A DNA stretch of 64,000 nt from Candidatus Caccoplasma merdavium (lineage in GTDB: Bacteria; Bacteroidota; Bacteroidia; Bacteroidales; UBA11471), in NCBI GenBank assembly GCA_018715595.1, contig DVLI01000026.1:870-64869 (forward strand). The letters are read 5' to 3'. Of this stretch, positions 48,818 to 60,153 are shown one piece after another. A program made the position numbers and the translations under genes. A model generated the notes under the pieces. That model saw only the letters and a list, made by a program, of their open reading frames with translations, ran no database searches and was not told where the DNA came from. How positions within the stretch are numbered: position 1 is the stretch's first letter; every line of letters starts with the position of its first letter.

Positions 48818-49879
48818 ATGAAACGTGTTTTTATCTTGGCCCTATCGCTCTTGGCCTGTTGTGCAGTGCTTCCGGCACAGAATTACAACAAAAAAGAGGT
48901 AAAGAGTTTGCAACAATTTCTCAATCAGCCGTCGGCCAAAGAGAAGCCCAACTATGCCCTCTTCAAACGTACCAATCTCAACGACCCTTCGACATGGGAA
49001 GGCGTCACTTGGGAGAATGGTCATGTGACTGTCATCGATTGGCGGGGAAGAGGCTTGGCCGGAGACCTTTCGCTCGACAACTTCACCCAATTACAGCGGG
49101 TCGATGTGACCGCAAACCAACTGACCACGCTTTCGGCCTCAGGTTGCAAGGCATTGACGAACATTGAGGCGGGGCGCAACAAACTTACCGGGATAAACCT
49201 CTCGGGCTGTACGGCTTTGCGGACATTGAATTGTTTTAAGAACCGCCTTTCCGACATCGACCTCTCCTCGTCGATGGGCATCGTGTCGCTCAATTGTGCC
49301 GACAATCTTTTTGTCGAACTTTCGGTGGCTCATGCCGACTCGTTGACCTCGCTCAATGTGCAGGGGTGTCATCTCGAATGGCTCTCGGTCGACAGTTGCA
49401 CGCAACTCAAAAATCTGTATTGCGGATACAACCGCATTTCGGAGTTGCACCTCATCGATGTCCCGGCTCTCGAAACATTGAACATGGACAACAACAGCAT
49501 TGCCCAATTCTACGCCTCGGGCCAGTCCAACCTGTATTATTTCTCGTGCAGCGGCAACAATATGTCGGTATTGAAAATGACAAACTGCGGAGCACTCTCG
49601 ACGGTGGATTGTTCGTACAATAATCTTTCGTCGCTCGATTTTTCGGGTTCGAGCAATCTGACGACGGTCAATTGCTCCAATAACAACCTGACGCGTATCG
49701 ATTTGAGCAATCTCCAAATGTTGCAGAATGTAGATTGCAGCCAAAACCAGCTGAGTATCATCGACGTCTCGTATTGTCCCAATCTTATGTCGCTCAATTT
49801 CAGGGGGAATCCGTTGGTAACCCTTTATACGATGGGCGATTACAACCTGCGTATGATTTCGGGTGTGTGGAGTTATTGA
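48818..49879 (+). CDS. Leucine-rich-repeat protein (about 22-residue LRRs), secreted/lipoprotein
   Basis: The signal peptide is MKRVFILALSLLACCAVLPAQ. About a dozen LxxLxCxxNxLxxLDLS-type repeats follow. Confidence 0.82.
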   Translation: MKRVFILALSLLACCAVLPAQNYNKKEVKSLQQFLNQPSAKEKPNYALFKRTNLNDPSTWEGVTWENGHVTVIDWRGRGLAGDLSLDNFTQLQRVDVTANQLTTLSASGCKALTNIEAGRNKLTGINLSGCTALRTLNCFKNRLSDIDLSSSMGIVSLNCADNLFVELSVAHADSLTSLNVQGCHLEWLSVDSCTQLKNLYCGYNRISELHLIDVPALETLNMDNNSIAQFYASGQSNLYYFSCSGNNMSVLKMTNCGALSTVDCSYNNLSSLDFSGSSNLTTVNCSNNNLTRIDLSNLQMLQNVDCSQNQLSIIDVSYCPNLMSLNFRGNPLVTLYTMGDYNLRMISGVWSY

Positions 49880-49926
49880 GTAGCGTGAAAAATTGGGAGA
49901 TAGGAGTTTGTTCCGCTATTCAAAAA

Positions 49927-49956
49927 GACAGGCCGTCCATTTTTGGACGGCCTGTC
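49927..49956. terminator. Hairpin terminator (U-run on the minus strand, serves pgk)
   Basis: gacaggccgtcca pairs with tggacggcctgtc in a perfect 13-bp stem with a 4-nt loop. The A5 on the + side gives U5 for the minus-strand transcript. Confidence 0.7.
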
Positions 49957-49978
49957 GCATATAAGAAGGGTTGATTGC

Positions 49979-51241
49979 TTATCCGCGAATGGCTTTGATA
50001 CCGGGAAGTTCGCGACCCTCGATGCATTCGAGCAGGGCGCCGCCGCCGGTCGATACATAGCTTACCTTGTCGGCCATGCCGAATTTGTTGATGCAGGCAA
50101 CCGAGTCACCACCACCGATGAGCGAGAAGGCTCCTGCCGCGGTGGCATCGACGATGGCTTGTGCAATGGCACGCGAACCGGCTTCGAAGTTGGGGAACTC
50201 GAATACGCCGGCAGGACCGTTCCACAGAATGGTCTTCGACGATTTGATGACTTCGGCAAGTTTCTTGGCCGATTCGGGACCGAGGTCGAGGCCCATCCAG
50301 TCATCGGGTATTTCGCTGTTTTTGCAAGCCTTGGTTTGGGCATCGTTCGAGAAGCTGTCGGCGATGATGCAGTCGGTGGGCAATACGAGATTTACGCCCA
50401 ACTCTTTGGCTTTGTTCATGATGCTGATAGCCGTTTCGAGCATGTCGTCTTCGCAGAGTGAAGTACCGATTTTTCCGCCCATGGCTTTGGCGAAGGTGTA
50501 GGCCATGCCACCGCAGATGATGAGGTTGTCGACTTTGCTCAGCAGGTTCTCGATGATGGTGATTTTCGACGAGACTTTCGAGCCACCGATGATGGCGGTT
50601 ACGGGGTGTACGGGATTTTTCATCACTTTCTCTACGGCTTCAACCTCTTTCTGCATCAGGTAACCGAACATTTTGTTCTCGGGTGAGAAGTAGTCGGCGA
50701 TGAGGGCTGTCGAAGCGTGAGCGCGGTGGGCGGTACCGAAGGCGTCGTTCACATAAACGTCGGCGAGGTCGGCGAGGTTTTTGGTGAATACCTTCTGGCT
50801 CTCTTTGACGGCTTTCTTGGCAGCGGCTTTTTCTTCGTCGCTGGCATCTTCGGCGAGTCCTCTGGGTTTACCCTCTTCTTCGGCATAGAAGCGGAGGTTT
50901 TCGAGAACGAGCACTTCACCCGGTTTCAGTTCGGCAACAGCGGCTTTTACGGCGTCGCCTTGGCAATCATTGACAAATTTGACGGGTTGTCCCAGCAGTT
51001 CGGAAAGGTGGTTGACGATGTGTTTGAGGGAGAATTTGTCTTCCGGACCTTTTTTTGGGCGTCCCAGGTGCGAGCCGATAATGATGCTGCCGCCATCGGC
51101 CAGGATTTTTTTCAGCGTAGGCAGAGCTGCGCGCATACGGGTATCGTCGGTGATATTCAAGTTCTCATCGAGAGGTACGTTGAAATCGACACGAACAAAC
51201 GCCTTTTTACCGGCGAAATTGAAGTTGTCAAGTGTTTGCAT
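49979..51241 (-). CDS. pgk: Phosphoglycerate kinase
   Basis: It has [21 protein letters not shown] and [10 protein letters not shown]. 420 aa. Confidence 0.95.
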   Translation of the reverse strand: MQTLDNFNFAGKKAFVRVDFNVPLDENLNITDDTRMRAALPTLKKILADGGSIIIGSHLGRPKKGPEDKFSLKHIVNHLSELLGQPVKFVNDCQGDAVKAAVAELKPGEVLVLENLRFYAEEEGKPRGLAEDASDEEKAAAKKAVKESQKVFTKNLADLADVYVNDAFGTAHRAHASTALIADYFSPENKMFGYLMQKEVEAVEKVMKNPVHPVTAIIGGSKVSSKITIIENLLSKVDNLIICGGMAYTFAKAMGGKIGTSLCEDDMLETAISIMNKAKELGVNLVLPTDCIIADSFSNDAQTKACKNSEIPDDWMGLDLGPESAKKLAEVIKSSKTILWNGPAGVFEFPNFEAGSRAIAQAIVDATAAGAFSLIGGGDSVACINKFGMADKVSYVSTGGGALLECIEGRELPGIKAIRG

Positions 51242-51283
51242 ATTCTTATCTTTTTAATGAGACTCTTTTTTCCTTTTTCGGCT

Positions 51284-51291
51284 GCAAAAGT
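51284..51291 (-). promoter_or_regulatory. -7 promoter box TActTTTG for pgk
   Basis: The reverse complement of caaaagta is an exact TAnnTTTG match. It lies about 42 nt upstream of the pgk ATG. Confidence 0.45.
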
Positions 51292-51373
51292 ATAAAATAT
51301 TTTTGTTTTGAGTTATCAATTTGTTGCAAAACGGAGGCTTGATTTTAACTATTTTAGCACCTCGGCGTGCACC

Positions 51374-52207
51374 TTAATCCAATAACCCTTTTTGAGCCAG
51401 TAATGTTTCCATTTCCCGGCTGATTTTTTCGGCTTCGCGGCGTGCCGCCTCGGCAAAAGCCTCGCTCTTGTCGGCGTAGATGATGCCGCGTGAGGAGTTC
51501 ACCAGCAGACCGCACCGGTCGTTCATGCCATATTGGGCCACCTCTTGCAGGCTGCCGCCTTGGGCTCCCACGCCGGGAACCAGCAGGAAGTGGTCGGGGG
51601 CGATGCGGCGCACGTCGGTGAAGAGCTTGCCCTGCGTGGCGCCCACGACAAACATCAGCTGGTCGTCGGTAGCCCAGGTTTGCGTGACGCGCAGCACCTT
51701 CTCAAAGAGGCGTTCGCCTTGTGCGTCGGTGGTGAACTGGAAGTCTTGCGACCCCTTGTTCGAGGTCAGTCCCAGCACGATGACCCAGTGTCCCTCGTAG
51801 TTGAGAAAGGGTTTCACGCTGTCTTCGCCCATGTAGGGAGCCACCGTTACGGCGTCGATGTCGAGGTGCTCGAAGAAGCTGCGGGCATACATTTCCGAGG
51901 TATTGCCTATGTCTCCGCGTTTGGCGTCGGCGATGATAAACTGGTCGGGGTGATTCTCTTTGAGGTAACGGACGGTTTTCTCAAAGGCTTTCCACCCTTC
52001 GAGGCCGAGGCTTTCGTAGAAGGCGAGGTTGGGCTTGTAGGCCACGCAAAAGTCGGCCGTGGCGTCGATGATGGCCTTGTTGAAGGCGAAGATGGGATCT
52101 TCTTCCGTCAAGAGATGTTGCGGTATCTTCTTGATGTCGGTATCGAGACCTACGCAGAGGAAAGATTTCTTGCGGCGGATATTCTCAAAAAGTTGTTGCT
52201 TGTTCAT
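51374..52207 (-). CDS. pyrF: Orotidine-5'-phosphate decarboxylase (long type)
   Basis: It has the catalytic loop [12 protein letters not shown] and FLCVGLDTD at the N-terminus. 277 aa. Confidence 0.9.
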   Translation of the reverse strand: MNKQQLFENIRRKKSFLCVGLDTDIKKIPQHLLTEEDPIFAFNKAIIDATADFCVAYKPNLAFYESLGLEGWKAFEKTVRYLKENHPDQFIIADAKRGDIGNTSEMYARSFFEHLDIDAVTVAPYMGEDSVKPFLNYEGHWVIVLGLTSNKGSQDFQFTTDAQGERLFEKVLRVTQTWATDDQLMFVVGATQGKLFTDVRRIAPDHFLLVPGVGAQGGSLQEVAQYGMNDRCGLLVNSSRGIIYADKSEAFAEAARREAEKISREMETLLAQKGLLD

Positions 52208-52236
52208 ATGCGAAGAATGTTTATAGATGCTGTCGG

Positions 52237-53346
52237 TTAGAGTTCGCTTTCTTTCAGGCGTTCGGCATTTTCGGCCACGATGAGGTGGTCGATGCAGTCC
52301 TGTATGTCACCGTCCATGAAGGCGGAGAGGTTATAGATGGTGTAGTTGATGCGGTGGTCGGTGATGCGCCCTTGCGGATAGTTGTAGGTGCGTATCTTGG
52401 CCGAGCGGTCGCCGGTCGATACCATCGTCTTGCGTTTGCTGGCGATGTCGTCGATGTATTTCTGGTGTTCCTTGTCGTAGATGAAGGTGCGGAGGCGGGA
52501 GAGGGCCCGTTCCTTGTTCTTGGGCTGGTCGCGGGTCTCGGTACACTCGATGAGAATCTCTTCGACTTCGCCCGTGTTGGGATTTTTCCAGTTGTAGCGC
52601 AGCCGCACGCCCGACTCCACCTTGTTGACATTCTGTCCGCCGGCGCCGCCGCTGCGGAAGGTGTCCCACTTGATTTCGCCTTCGTTGATGACGACGTCGA
52701 ACTCTTCGGCTTCGGGCAGTACGGCTACCGATGCGGCCGATGTGTGTACCCGTCCTTGGGTCTCGGTGGCGGGGACACGCTGCACGCGGTGCACGCCCGA
52801 TTCGTATTTGAGGGTGCCATACACCTTTTGTCCCGATACTGAGCAGATGACCTCTTTGAAGCCGCCTGCGGCGCCTTCGCTGGCGCTCGATATTTCGAGT
52901 TTCCACCCTTTCATTTCGCAATATTTGGCATACATGCGGAAGAGGTCGCCGGCAAAGAGGGCGGCTTCGTCGCCGCCTGTCCCGCCGCGTATTTCGAGTA
53001 TGGCGTTGCGGTCGTCCTGCGGGTCGGCGGGCACGAGCAGGAGTTTTATCTCCTCTTCGAGTGCCGGTATCTGGGCTTGGCTCTCGTCGAGTTCTTCACG
53101 GGCCATTTCCCGCATTTCGGGGTCGCTTTCGCTGTCGAGTATTTCGCGGGCTTCATCGATGTTTCTCAGCAGGCCGGCATAGCGTTTGCGGGCGTTGTCT
53201 ATTTTTTCGAGGTCGCTGTATTCTTTGGTGAGTTTGGCAAAGCGTTTGCGGTCGTTGATGACTTCGGGGTCGGTGATAAGTGTGCTTACTTCCTGAAAAC
53301 GCAATGACAAACCGTCTAACTTCTCTAATAATTTGTTGTCGCTCAT
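52237..53346 (-). CDS. prfA: Peptide chain release factor 1
   Basis: It has the PAT tripeptide ([12 protein letters not shown]1-type PxT) and the GGQ motif ([11 protein letters not shown]). The start is set at [10 protein letters not shown]. Confidence 0.92.
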   Translation of the reverse strand: MSDNKLLEKLDGLSLRFQEVSTLITDPEVINDRKRFAKLTKEYSDLEKIDNARKRYAGLLRNIDEAREILDSESDPEMREMAREELDESQAQIPALEEEIKLLLVPADPQDDRNAILEIRGGTGGDEAALFAGDLFRMYAKYCEMKGWKLEISSASEGAAGGFKEVICSVSGQKVYGTLKYESGVHRVQRVPATETQGRVHTSAASVAVLPEAEEFDVVINEGEIKWDTFRSGGAGGQNVNKVESGVRLRYNWKNPNTGEVEEILIECTETRDQPKNKERALSRLRTFIYDKEHQKYIDDIASKRKTMVSTGDRSAKIRTYNYPQGRITDHRINYTIYNLSAFMDGDIQDCIDHLIVAENAERLKESEL

Positions 53347-53476
53347 AGATTGGCAATTTGAGCGCAAATATACAAAATCGTGACGGAACTTTTTGTATGA
53401 CGCCGGTACAAATTCGACGCTATTCTTTCCTGTTTCCGAGATGAAGTGCCGGTGGTGGTCGTGCTTTCCCTCCCGA

Positions 53477-55771
53477 TTATTCTTCTTCGTGGAATTTGTG
53501 CTTCTTGTTTCCGAACGTGAAACGGTAATTGATGGTGAGGCCGAATATGTTTCCCGTCTCGACCCGTGGACGGCTTATGTGCGATGTGTATTCGTATTCC
53601 GATTGTTCATATACCATGTCGTACGCATTTTTGAAAAACGGATTGTAGGCATACAGTATGAAGTTCCAGCTATTGATAGCGTATGCAACTTGCATATTGA
53701 TTTGAAAATCCCGCGATGTGTAGACCGCCGTTGTGGGATCGAAATTCCTGCTCAGACAGACGCAATTCACGCTGGCCGAGAATCCTTTATACATAAATGT
53801 CGAATATCCGCCCGCAGCCACGACGTCGAGTGTGAAGTTTTTCCATAATGAGACGTTTAAATGACCGTACACGCCAGCCAATCCTACGGAAAATCGTTGG
53901 GGTATGATGTCGTATTGTATATTCAGTCCATATTGTTGTGTCGCGGAAATTTTTCCGTTCTCTTTTTGTTTGATAAAAATTTGTCGCTCTCCGATAAAAT
54001 CGACTTTGTCATAAATGATATGGGAATATCCGTGGACTTGCAGGTGTGGCATTATCGATAACCGCCCGTGTGTCCAAGTGTAGCTGATCTGGTTTTTGAA
54101 TGACCAGACGTTTTTTAAATCGGGATTTCCTCTTCTTACCATGTATTCATTTTCCTTGTATTCGGGGGTGGTCATGTCGGATACATCGGGTTGTGTGCTG
54201 CGGAAGGTGGATTTTATCCTCAGGTTGTGTGCTTTCCGGGTATAGGTGAGTTGGAAAAACGGTATGAACTGGTGCTCGACGGTTGTGCTCTTCTCTGTGC
54301 GCGAGAAGGATAGCTGTTCGGCCAGGCGGACTTGCAAACTCAACTTGTTTTTTATTTTGTAGTTATAGGTGGCATACAGCCGCGTGTAGCCCCGGCTCAG
54401 AAAGACGTTCGATGCGCTACCTTCCCGAGTGTTGCGACTGTCGGTGCGGGTGAAGTCCTGATAACCTTCCACACTGAGCGAAGAGCGGTTTTTGAACGTT
54501 TTACTGTAATTGGCCTTGAAACTGGTGTGCCAGCTTTTCTCGTCGGTGGCATTGTTGTAGGTCGATGATGTCTCGTCGTCGGTGCGGTAGGCATACCAGC
54601 GTTTGTAATGGTTGGTGCCCCGGTTGCCATACCACTCCAACCGCACCTGCTGCTCGTTTTTCAGTACACGGTTATACCGCATTCTCACGGCGGGCAGGAG
54701 GTCGAGTGTGTGGGTCTTTTCCTGTCGGGTATAATTTTTTGTGTCGTTGCTGAACGTTTCGCGACTCCATGTGTCGCGCTCTTCCATCGTCCGGTTCATG
54801 CGGAGCGAGGAGTAGAAGGTCTGCTGCTTGTCTTTGTAGAGGTAGTTGAAATAGCTGCTGAGGTCGTTGGCGTTCTCGTCCGACGGGAGAGCCTCGGTCG
54901 TATTTACAACGACACGCTCGGGAAATGTGTAGGTGGTTATCGTGTAGTCTTCGTTGTGATTACGCGCATGGGTATATTGGTCCGAAACAGAGAGGGCAAA
55001 CTCCGATTTGTCTTGGAAGTATTGAGCCGTTCCGCGACCGCTGCCGTAAGGACGGTTCAGTTGTTGTTTCCCGTTGAAGGCCACAGCTCCGGCATAGTCG
55101 CGCTCTTTCAATATATAGTCGAGTACGACATCGGCTTCGGGGTAATCGGGTAGACCGTTGGGGTAGAAGTCCACCCGTTTGATGTCGCGCGGGTTCAGCG
55201 TGTTGATTTCTTCTTCCGACGCCTCCATGCCGTTGATGCAGAAAAAGATGTCTTGGTCCATATAGGTGGGGGCCGACTGGAATGTCTGTGTTCGCACTCC
55301 CGGTATCATGAGGGCGGCCAAGGCGCTGTATCCGTCGTAGGCGTGGCGCATTTGTTCGCGGGTGGGGTAGACCATGGTCTTCTCCTCGGTGCTTACCGTC
55401 TGGCTGCCCACGACGGTAACTTCTTGCATGAGTATGGCGTTTGTGCTCAGTGTGATGTCGCCGAGCCGTATGAGCTTTTCGTCGGTCGGGTTCAGTACGA
55501 GGGTCATCTCTTTGTAGCCGATGTAATTGATGCGCAGGAGATGTGTCTGTCTCTTTGCCGGCAGTTCCAGTGTAAAATTGCCTTGGCTGTCGGTTGTCGT
55601 GTTTGCGATGAGTAGGCTGTCGGCCTCGTAGCAGCGTATGGTTGCCCCGATGAGGTCGTAGCGCTTTTCGTCTTGCAGGTGCCCTTCGATTTCGATGCTC
55701 GCCTCTTGGGCCGAGAGGGGAAAGGTGAGTAAAAAAATGCAGCAGAGAAACGCCGGTATGAATCGTATCAT
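53477..55771 (-). CDS. Outer-membrane beta-barrel protein with N-terminal carboxypeptidase-regulatory-like domain (TonB-dependent-receptor-like)
   Basis: It has a signal peptide and a CarboxypepD_reg-like module (IEGHLQDE...GATIRCYE...TTDSQGNFTLEL). A long alternating beta-strand region ends ...LTINYRF before a short tail. Confidence 0.75.
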   Translation of the reverse strand: MIRFIPAFLCCIFLLTFPLSAQEASIEIEGHLQDEKRYDLIGATIRCYEADSLLIANTTTDSQGNFTLELPAKRQTHLLRINYIGYKEMTLVLNPTDEKLIRLGDITLSTNAILMQEVTVVGSQTVSTEEKTMVYPTREQMRHAYDGYSALAALMIPGVRTQTFQSAPTYMDQDIFFCINGMEASEEEINTLNPRDIKRVDFYPNGLPDYPEADVVLDYILKERDYAGAVAFNGKQQLNRPYGSGRGTAQYFQDKSEFALSVSDQYTHARNHNEDYTITTYTFPERVVVNTTEALPSDENANDLSSYFNYLYKDKQQTFYSSLRMNRTMEERDTWSRETFSNDTKNYTRQEKTHTLDLLPAVRMRYNRVLKNEQQVRLEWYGNRGTNHYKRWYAYRTDDETSSTYNNATDEKSWHTSFKANYSKTFKNRSSLSVEGYQDFTRTDSRNTREGSASNVFLSRGYTRLYATYNYKIKNKLSLQVRLAEQLSFSRTEKSTTVEHQFIPFFQLTYTRKAHNLRIKSTFRSTQPDVSDMTTPEYKENEYMVRRGNPDLKNVWSFKNQISYTWTHGRLSIMPHLQVHGYSHIIYDKVDFIGERQIFIKQKENGKISATQQYGLNIQYDIIPQRFSVGLAGVYGHLNVSLWKNFTLDVVAAGGYSTFMYKGFSASVNCVCLSRNFDPTTAVYTSRDFQINMQVAYAINSWNFILYAYNPFFKNAYDMVYEQSEYEYTSHISRPRVETGNIFGLTINYRFTFGNKKHKFHEEE

Positions 55772-55854
55772 GGTATCCTTTATGGGTCGGTTGAATAAAT
55801 GTTTTGTCGTTTGACGTGTCGGATACCGAAAAGGTTACAACGGCTCTTCGGAAT

Positions 55855-55892
55855 AATAAAAAACGGCGTTGCCTTTTGTGGGGCAACGCCGT
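55855..55892 (-). terminator. Rho-independent terminator after lon
   Basis: acggcgttgcc pairs with ggcaacgccgt in an 11-bp stem. A U-run follows on the minus strand (A-run 55858..55863 on the + strand). Confidence 0.75.
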
Positions 55893-55918
55893 GGTAAAGT
55901 GGCGGAAGTCGGTTCTTG

Positions 55919-58405
55919 TTATTTGTTCTCCTTCTCTTCGCTCTCCTTGGTTTTGACGGACAGGTCGACGGGGTGGGCGACCTTTTCGGGGAGCAGGGCG
56001 ATGTCGAGCACCTCTCTGATGTCGTGGACATAGTGGAACTGCAATCCTTTGAGGTAACTGGGCTTGATGTCCTCGATGTCTTTGCGGTTTTCGTCGCAGA
56101 GAATGATTTCTTTGATACCGGCACGTTTGGCGGCCAGTATCTTTTCCTTGATACCGCCCACGGGCAGCACCCGGCCCCGCAAGGTGATTTCGCCCGTCAT
56201 GGCCAGGTGGGCGCGCACCTTGCGCTGGGTAAACGACGAGGCGATGGAGGTCACCATGGTGATGCCGGCCGACGGGCCGTCCTTGGGTATGGCTCCTTCG
56301 GGGACGTGTATGTGCAGGTTCCAGTGGTCGAACACCTGACTGTCGATGCCCAGTTCGTCGGCGTGGGCCTTGACATATTGCAGGGCGATAATGGCCGACT
56401 CTTTCATGACATCGCCCAGATTTCCCGTGAGGGTGAGTTTCTCGCCTTTGCTGCGGCTGAGGCTCGACTCGATGTAGAGAATTTCTCCGCCCACGGCCGT
56501 CCAGGCCAGGCCCGTGACCACTCCGGCATAATCGTTCCCTTCGTAGCGGTCGCGAGTGTATTCTTTCATGCCGAGATATTCGGTCAGGCTGTCGACCTGC
56601 AACTCGTGTTCCCACTCTTCGTCGGCCGCTTTTCTACGAGCCACCTTACGCATGACCTTCGCGATTTTCTTGTCGAGCTCGCGCACGCCCGATTCGCGGG
56701 TGTAGGAGTCGATGATGGCGGCCATCGTTTTCTTGGGAATGTCGATGTCGTCTTTGCTCAACCCGTGCTCTTCGAGTTGCTTGGGCACAAGGTGGCGCCG
56801 GCCAATCTCGATTTTCTCCTCCTGAATATATCCCGAGACCTCGATGAGCTCCATGCGGTCGAGCAGGGGGCGGGAGATGGTGTTGAGGTTGTTGGCCGTG
56901 GCGATAAAGAGTACCTTGGACAAGTCGTAGTCGATGTCGAGGTAGTTGTCGTGGAAGGCGTTGTTCTGTTCGGGGTCGAGCACTTCGAGCAGCGCCGATG
57001 CCGGGTCGCCCTTGAAGTCGTTGCCTATCTTGTCGATTTCGTCGAGGACGAAGACAGGGTTCGACGACCCCGCTTTCTGTATGCCTTGAATGATGCGGCC
57101 GGGCATGGCTCCGATGTAGGTGCGGCGGTGTCCGCGTATCTCGGCCTCGTCGTGCAGACCACCCAGTGAAACCCGCACATACTTGCGGTTCAAGGCTTCG
57201 GCAATCGACTTGCCCAGCGAGGTTTTTCCCACTCCCGGAGGGCCGTAGAGGCAGATGATGGGCGCCTTCATGTCGCCGCGCAGTTTCAGTACGGCAAGAT
57301 GCTCGATGATGCGTTCTTTGACTTTTTCGAGACCGTAGTGGTCCTTGTCGAGTTGACGTTGGGCGTTTTTGAGATTGAAGTTGTCGGCCGTGTATTCGCA
57401 CCAAGGCAGGTCGGTGAGCGTTTCGAGGTAGTTGTACTGTACCGAGAAGTCGGGCGACTGCGGGTAGAGACGTTCCAACCGGCGCAACTCCTTGTCGAAG
57501 ACCTCCTGCACCTCTTTGCTCCATTTCTTTTGGGCGGCTTTTTGCGTGAGCTCTTCGATGTCCTGCTCCTGACTGTTGCCTCCCAGTTCGTCCTGTATGG
57601 TTTTTATCTGTTGTTGCAAGAAATGTTCCCGTTGCTGCTGGTTGATGTCGGCTCGGGTTTTCGATTGGATATCGGCCTTTATTTCGAGCAACTTGGCCTC
57701 TTTGCGCAGGGCGGCATAGAGGGCGAAGGCCCGTTCCTTTATCGTGGCGGCATCGAGAAACTCTTGCTTTTGTTGGGGCGTGAAAGGTATGTTGGTACAC
57801 AGGAAATTGACCAGATAGAGCATATTTCCCATGTTGCGGAGGGCAAAAATCAGTTCGCGGGGCGGCTCGGCCATCGATTTCAGCACATCGAGCGTAATAT
57901 CTTTCAAGGCGTCGAGCAACGCTTCAAACTCTTTGTCGTTCTCGGCGGGGAGCACTTCGGGGTGAAGCGAGATGTTGCCTGTGATATAGGGGTAGAACGA
58001 GGTTATTTCGTCGAGGTGAAAACGCTGTTTCCCTTGCAAAATTACCGTCGTGTTGCCGTCGGGCATTTCCAGTATCTTGACGATTTCGCCCAGCGAACCG
58101 ACCGTGTAGAAGTCGTCGATGTCGCTCGGGTCATCGTTATACATGTCTTTCTGACAGACAACGCCTATGAGGTGTTTTTTCCGTGCGGCTTCACGCACAA
58201 GTCGCAACGATTTCTCCCTTCCCACGGTGATGGGAAGCGTCACGCCGGGAAAAAGCACCATGTTGCGCAATGGCAGAATGGGCAGATTCGTTTCGTTGAG
58301 ACCCGGACATTCGATATCGGGTGAACCATCGATCTCGGCAAAGATGGTGCCGATGCTGGTATTCTCGTCGGTATCAAAAAAGAGGTTCTTATCAGATGAA
58401 AGCAT
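55919..58405 (-). CDS. lon: ATP-dependent endopeptidase La (Lon protease)
   Basis: It has a LON N-domain, the AAA+ Walker [10 protein letters not shown] and the protease Ser context [11 protein letters not shown]. 828 aa. Confidence 0.95.
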   Translation of the reverse strand: MLSSDKNLFFDTDENTSIGTIFAEIDGSPDIECPGLNETNLPILPLRNMVLFPGVTLPITVGREKSLRLVREAARKKHLIGVVCQKDMYNDDPSDIDDFYTVGSLGEIVKILEMPDGNTTVILQGKQRFHLDEITSFYPYITGNISLHPEVLPAENDKEFEALLDALKDITLDVLKSMAEPPRELIFALRNMGNMLYLVNFLCTNIPFTPQQKQEFLDAATIKERAFALYAALRKEAKLLEIKADIQSKTRADINQQQREHFLQQQIKTIQDELGGNSQEQDIEELTQKAAQKKWSKEVQEVFDKELRRLERLYPQSPDFSVQYNYLETLTDLPWCEYTADNFNLKNAQRQLDKDHYGLEKVKERIIEHLAVLKLRGDMKAPIICLYGPPGVGKTSLGKSIAEALNRKYVRVSLGGLHDEAEIRGHRRTYIGAMPGRIIQGIQKAGSSNPVFVLDEIDKIGNDFKGDPASALLEVLDPEQNNAFHDNYLDIDYDLSKVLFIATANNLNTISRPLLDRMELIEVSGYIQEEKIEIGRRHLVPKQLEEHGLSKDDIDIPKKTMAAIIDSYTRESGVRELDKKIAKVMRKVARRKAADEEWEHELQVDSLTEYLGMKEYTRDRYEGNDYAGVVTGLAWTAVGGEILYIESSLSRSKGEKLTLTGNLGDVMKESAIIALQYVKAHADELGIDSQVFDHWNLHIHVPEGAIPKDGPSAGITMVTSIASSFTQRKVRAHLAMTGEITLRGRVLPVGGIKEKILAAKRAGIKEIILCDENRKDIEDIKPSYLKGLQFHYVHDIREVLDIALLPEKVAHPVDLSVKTKESEEKENK

Positions 58406-58578
58406 AGTTTGTCGTATTTGTCATTTTGTCAGATTGCGGCTTGTTTTAGCACTTGACTGCCTCATGTAGCAGGTCTTATTTTATACTGCAATTGACGTGC
58501 CAAAGTTAATGATTCTTTATCGACTATGGATATTATTATATATTTTTGTTTATTTGCCGACCGAAAACTCTTCCCGAC

Positions 58579-59301
58579 ATGAGCAATCCCTATTTCCGAT
58601 TCAAACAGTTTACCGTGTGGCATGACCGTTGTGCCATGAAGGTGGGAACCGATGGCGTGTTGTTAGGAGCCTGGTGCGATGTCGCCGCGTCGCATCGCAT
58701 TCTCGACGTCGGTTGTGGTACCGGACTTATTGCCCTCATGGTGGCCCAGCGCACGGCTGGCGACGTGACCGTCGATGGCCTGGAAATCGATGCGGAAGCG
58801 GCCGGGCAGGCTGCCGAGAATGTTGCCCGTTCGCCGTGGAGCGACAGGGTGTATGTCACGAAGGCCGACTTCCTCGATGTCGTTGCCGCCGGTGCGGCAC
58901 CCCGTTATGACCTGATTGTCTCCAATCCGCCCTATTTCGAGCACTCGCTCCTTCCCGAGGACGAGGCTCGTCTCACGGCCCGGCATACCGAACGGCTCAC
59001 CTATGCCGCTTTGCTGCAAGGGGCTGCCGATTTATTGCTCCCCGAGGGGCGGGTGGCACTTATTTTTCCCGCATCGCTCTATCCTGCGGTCAATGCCCAA
59101 GCCCGGCGCTACGGCCTTTATCCCCGCCGGCTTACCTGGGTGAGCGGTCGTGCCGGATTGCCGCCCAAGCGGGTGATGGTCGAGTGGAGTCGGGAGGCAG
59201 CCTCCATATGCGAGGAATCGCATCTTGCCATCGAGACCGCCCCTTTGCAATGGACGCCCGAATATAAGGCGCTCACACGCGATTTCTATTTGCAGTTGTA
59301 G
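58579..59301 (+). CDS. tRNA1(Val) (adenine37-N6)-methyltransferase (YfiC/TrmN6-like)
   Basis: It starts MSNPYFRFKQF. It has the SAM motif ILDVGCGTGLI and the NPPY motif IVSNPPYF. Confidence 0.82.
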   Translation: MSNPYFRFKQFTVWHDRCAMKVGTDGVLLGAWCDVAASHRILDVGCGTGLIALMVAQRTAGDVTVDGLEIDAEAAGQAAENVARSPWSDRVYVTKADFLDVVAAGAAPRYDLIVSNPPYFEHSLLPEDEARLTARHTERLTYAALLQGAADLLLPEGRVALIFPASLYPAVNAQARRYGLYPRRLTWVSGRAGLPPKRVMVEWSREAASICEESHLAIETAPLQWTPEYKALTRDFYLQL

Positions 59302-59304
59302 AAC

Positions 59305-59345
59305 AAAGAAGAGGGCTCGTATGTGTCACGAGCCCTCTTCTTTTT
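59305..59345. terminator. Bidirectional terminator between convergent genes
   Basis: aaagaagagggctcgt pairs with acgagccctcttcttt in a perfect 16-bp stem with a 7-nt loop. Confidence 0.75.
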
Positions 59346-59361
59346 GCCAGGGAAACGGCCA

Positions 59362-60135
59362 TTACTTGATATTCTCCCGCATGGCGGTGAGGTATTGTTG
59401 CATGGCCGCACTGTCTTTGCGCGTGACGATGTCTTGTAGCTTGGCCAGATTTTCCTGAATCTTTTCCAGTTGCTCGCTGGTGTGCGGGTTGAAAAGAATT
59501 TCGGTAATCAGGTAATCATCTTCCGAGAAGAGGCCCCGGGCGATGTTCATGTGTTTCTTGAACGTGGTACCGGGAGCGTCCTGGTGCTTCATAATCGAGG
59601 CAAACACCATGGTCGAGGCAAACGGTATCGAGAGCGAGTAGGCTATCGTCTCGTCGTGCTGCTTGAAGGTGTACTCGAAGATGTTGAGATGCAGCCGGCT
59701 ATACAGGTCTTTGAAAAAGACTTTGCCCAAATGATTCGACTCGGTAATGATGATGGTGTTTTCCTCAGACAAGTTGCTCAGGTTGGCAAACGTGGGACCG
59801 AACATGGGGTGGGTCGACACAAACGGACGTTTCACCTTGGCATAGAACTCGGGCAGACCGGTTTTGACCGAGGCGATGTCCGATATGATGCAACTCTCGG
59901 GGATATGGGGCAAAACCGCTTCGAACGCCGGAATCGTGTATTTCACGGTGGCGGCGTTGATGAGCAGTTCGGGCTTGAACGCCTCGATTTCCTCCATCGT
60001 TGTCATGCGTTGGGTGTTGAAGGTGAAACGCAAGCGTTGAGGGTCGGTGTCGTATATGCCCACTTCGTGCTCGAAACTGAGTACATCGGCAAAGAACGAG
60101 CCCATTTTGCCGGCACCCAAAATCAATATCTTCAT
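59362..60135 (-). CDS. tyrA: Prephenate dehydrogenase
   Basis: The start is at MKILILGAGKMGSFF (Rossmann GxGxxG). It has the HPMFGP motif. It is the last gene of the aromatic operon. Confidence 0.85.
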   Translation of the reverse strand: MKILILGAGKMGSFFADVLSFEHEVGIYDTDPQRLRFTFNTQRMTTMEEIEAFKPELLINAATVKYTIPAFEAVLPHIPESCIISDIASVKTGLPEFYAKVKRPFVSTHPMFGPTFANLSNLSEENTIIITESNHLGKVFFKDLYSRLHLNIFEYTFKQHDETIAYSLSIPFASTMVFASIMKHQDAPGTTFKKHMNIARGLFSEDDYLITEILFNPHTSEQLEKIQENLAKLQDIVTRKDSAAMQQYLTAMRENIK

Positions 60136-60153
60136 TTTTCGGTTCCTTTTCAC

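Noticed and set aside
54960-56615. A 551-aa same-strand alternative-frame ORF spanning the outer-membrane protein gene, the intergenic terminator and the lon 3' end.
   Set aside because: Its product is an Arg/Pro/Gly/His-rich nonsense sequence. It crosses a clear terminator hairpin (55863..55892) and two well-supported genes in other frames.
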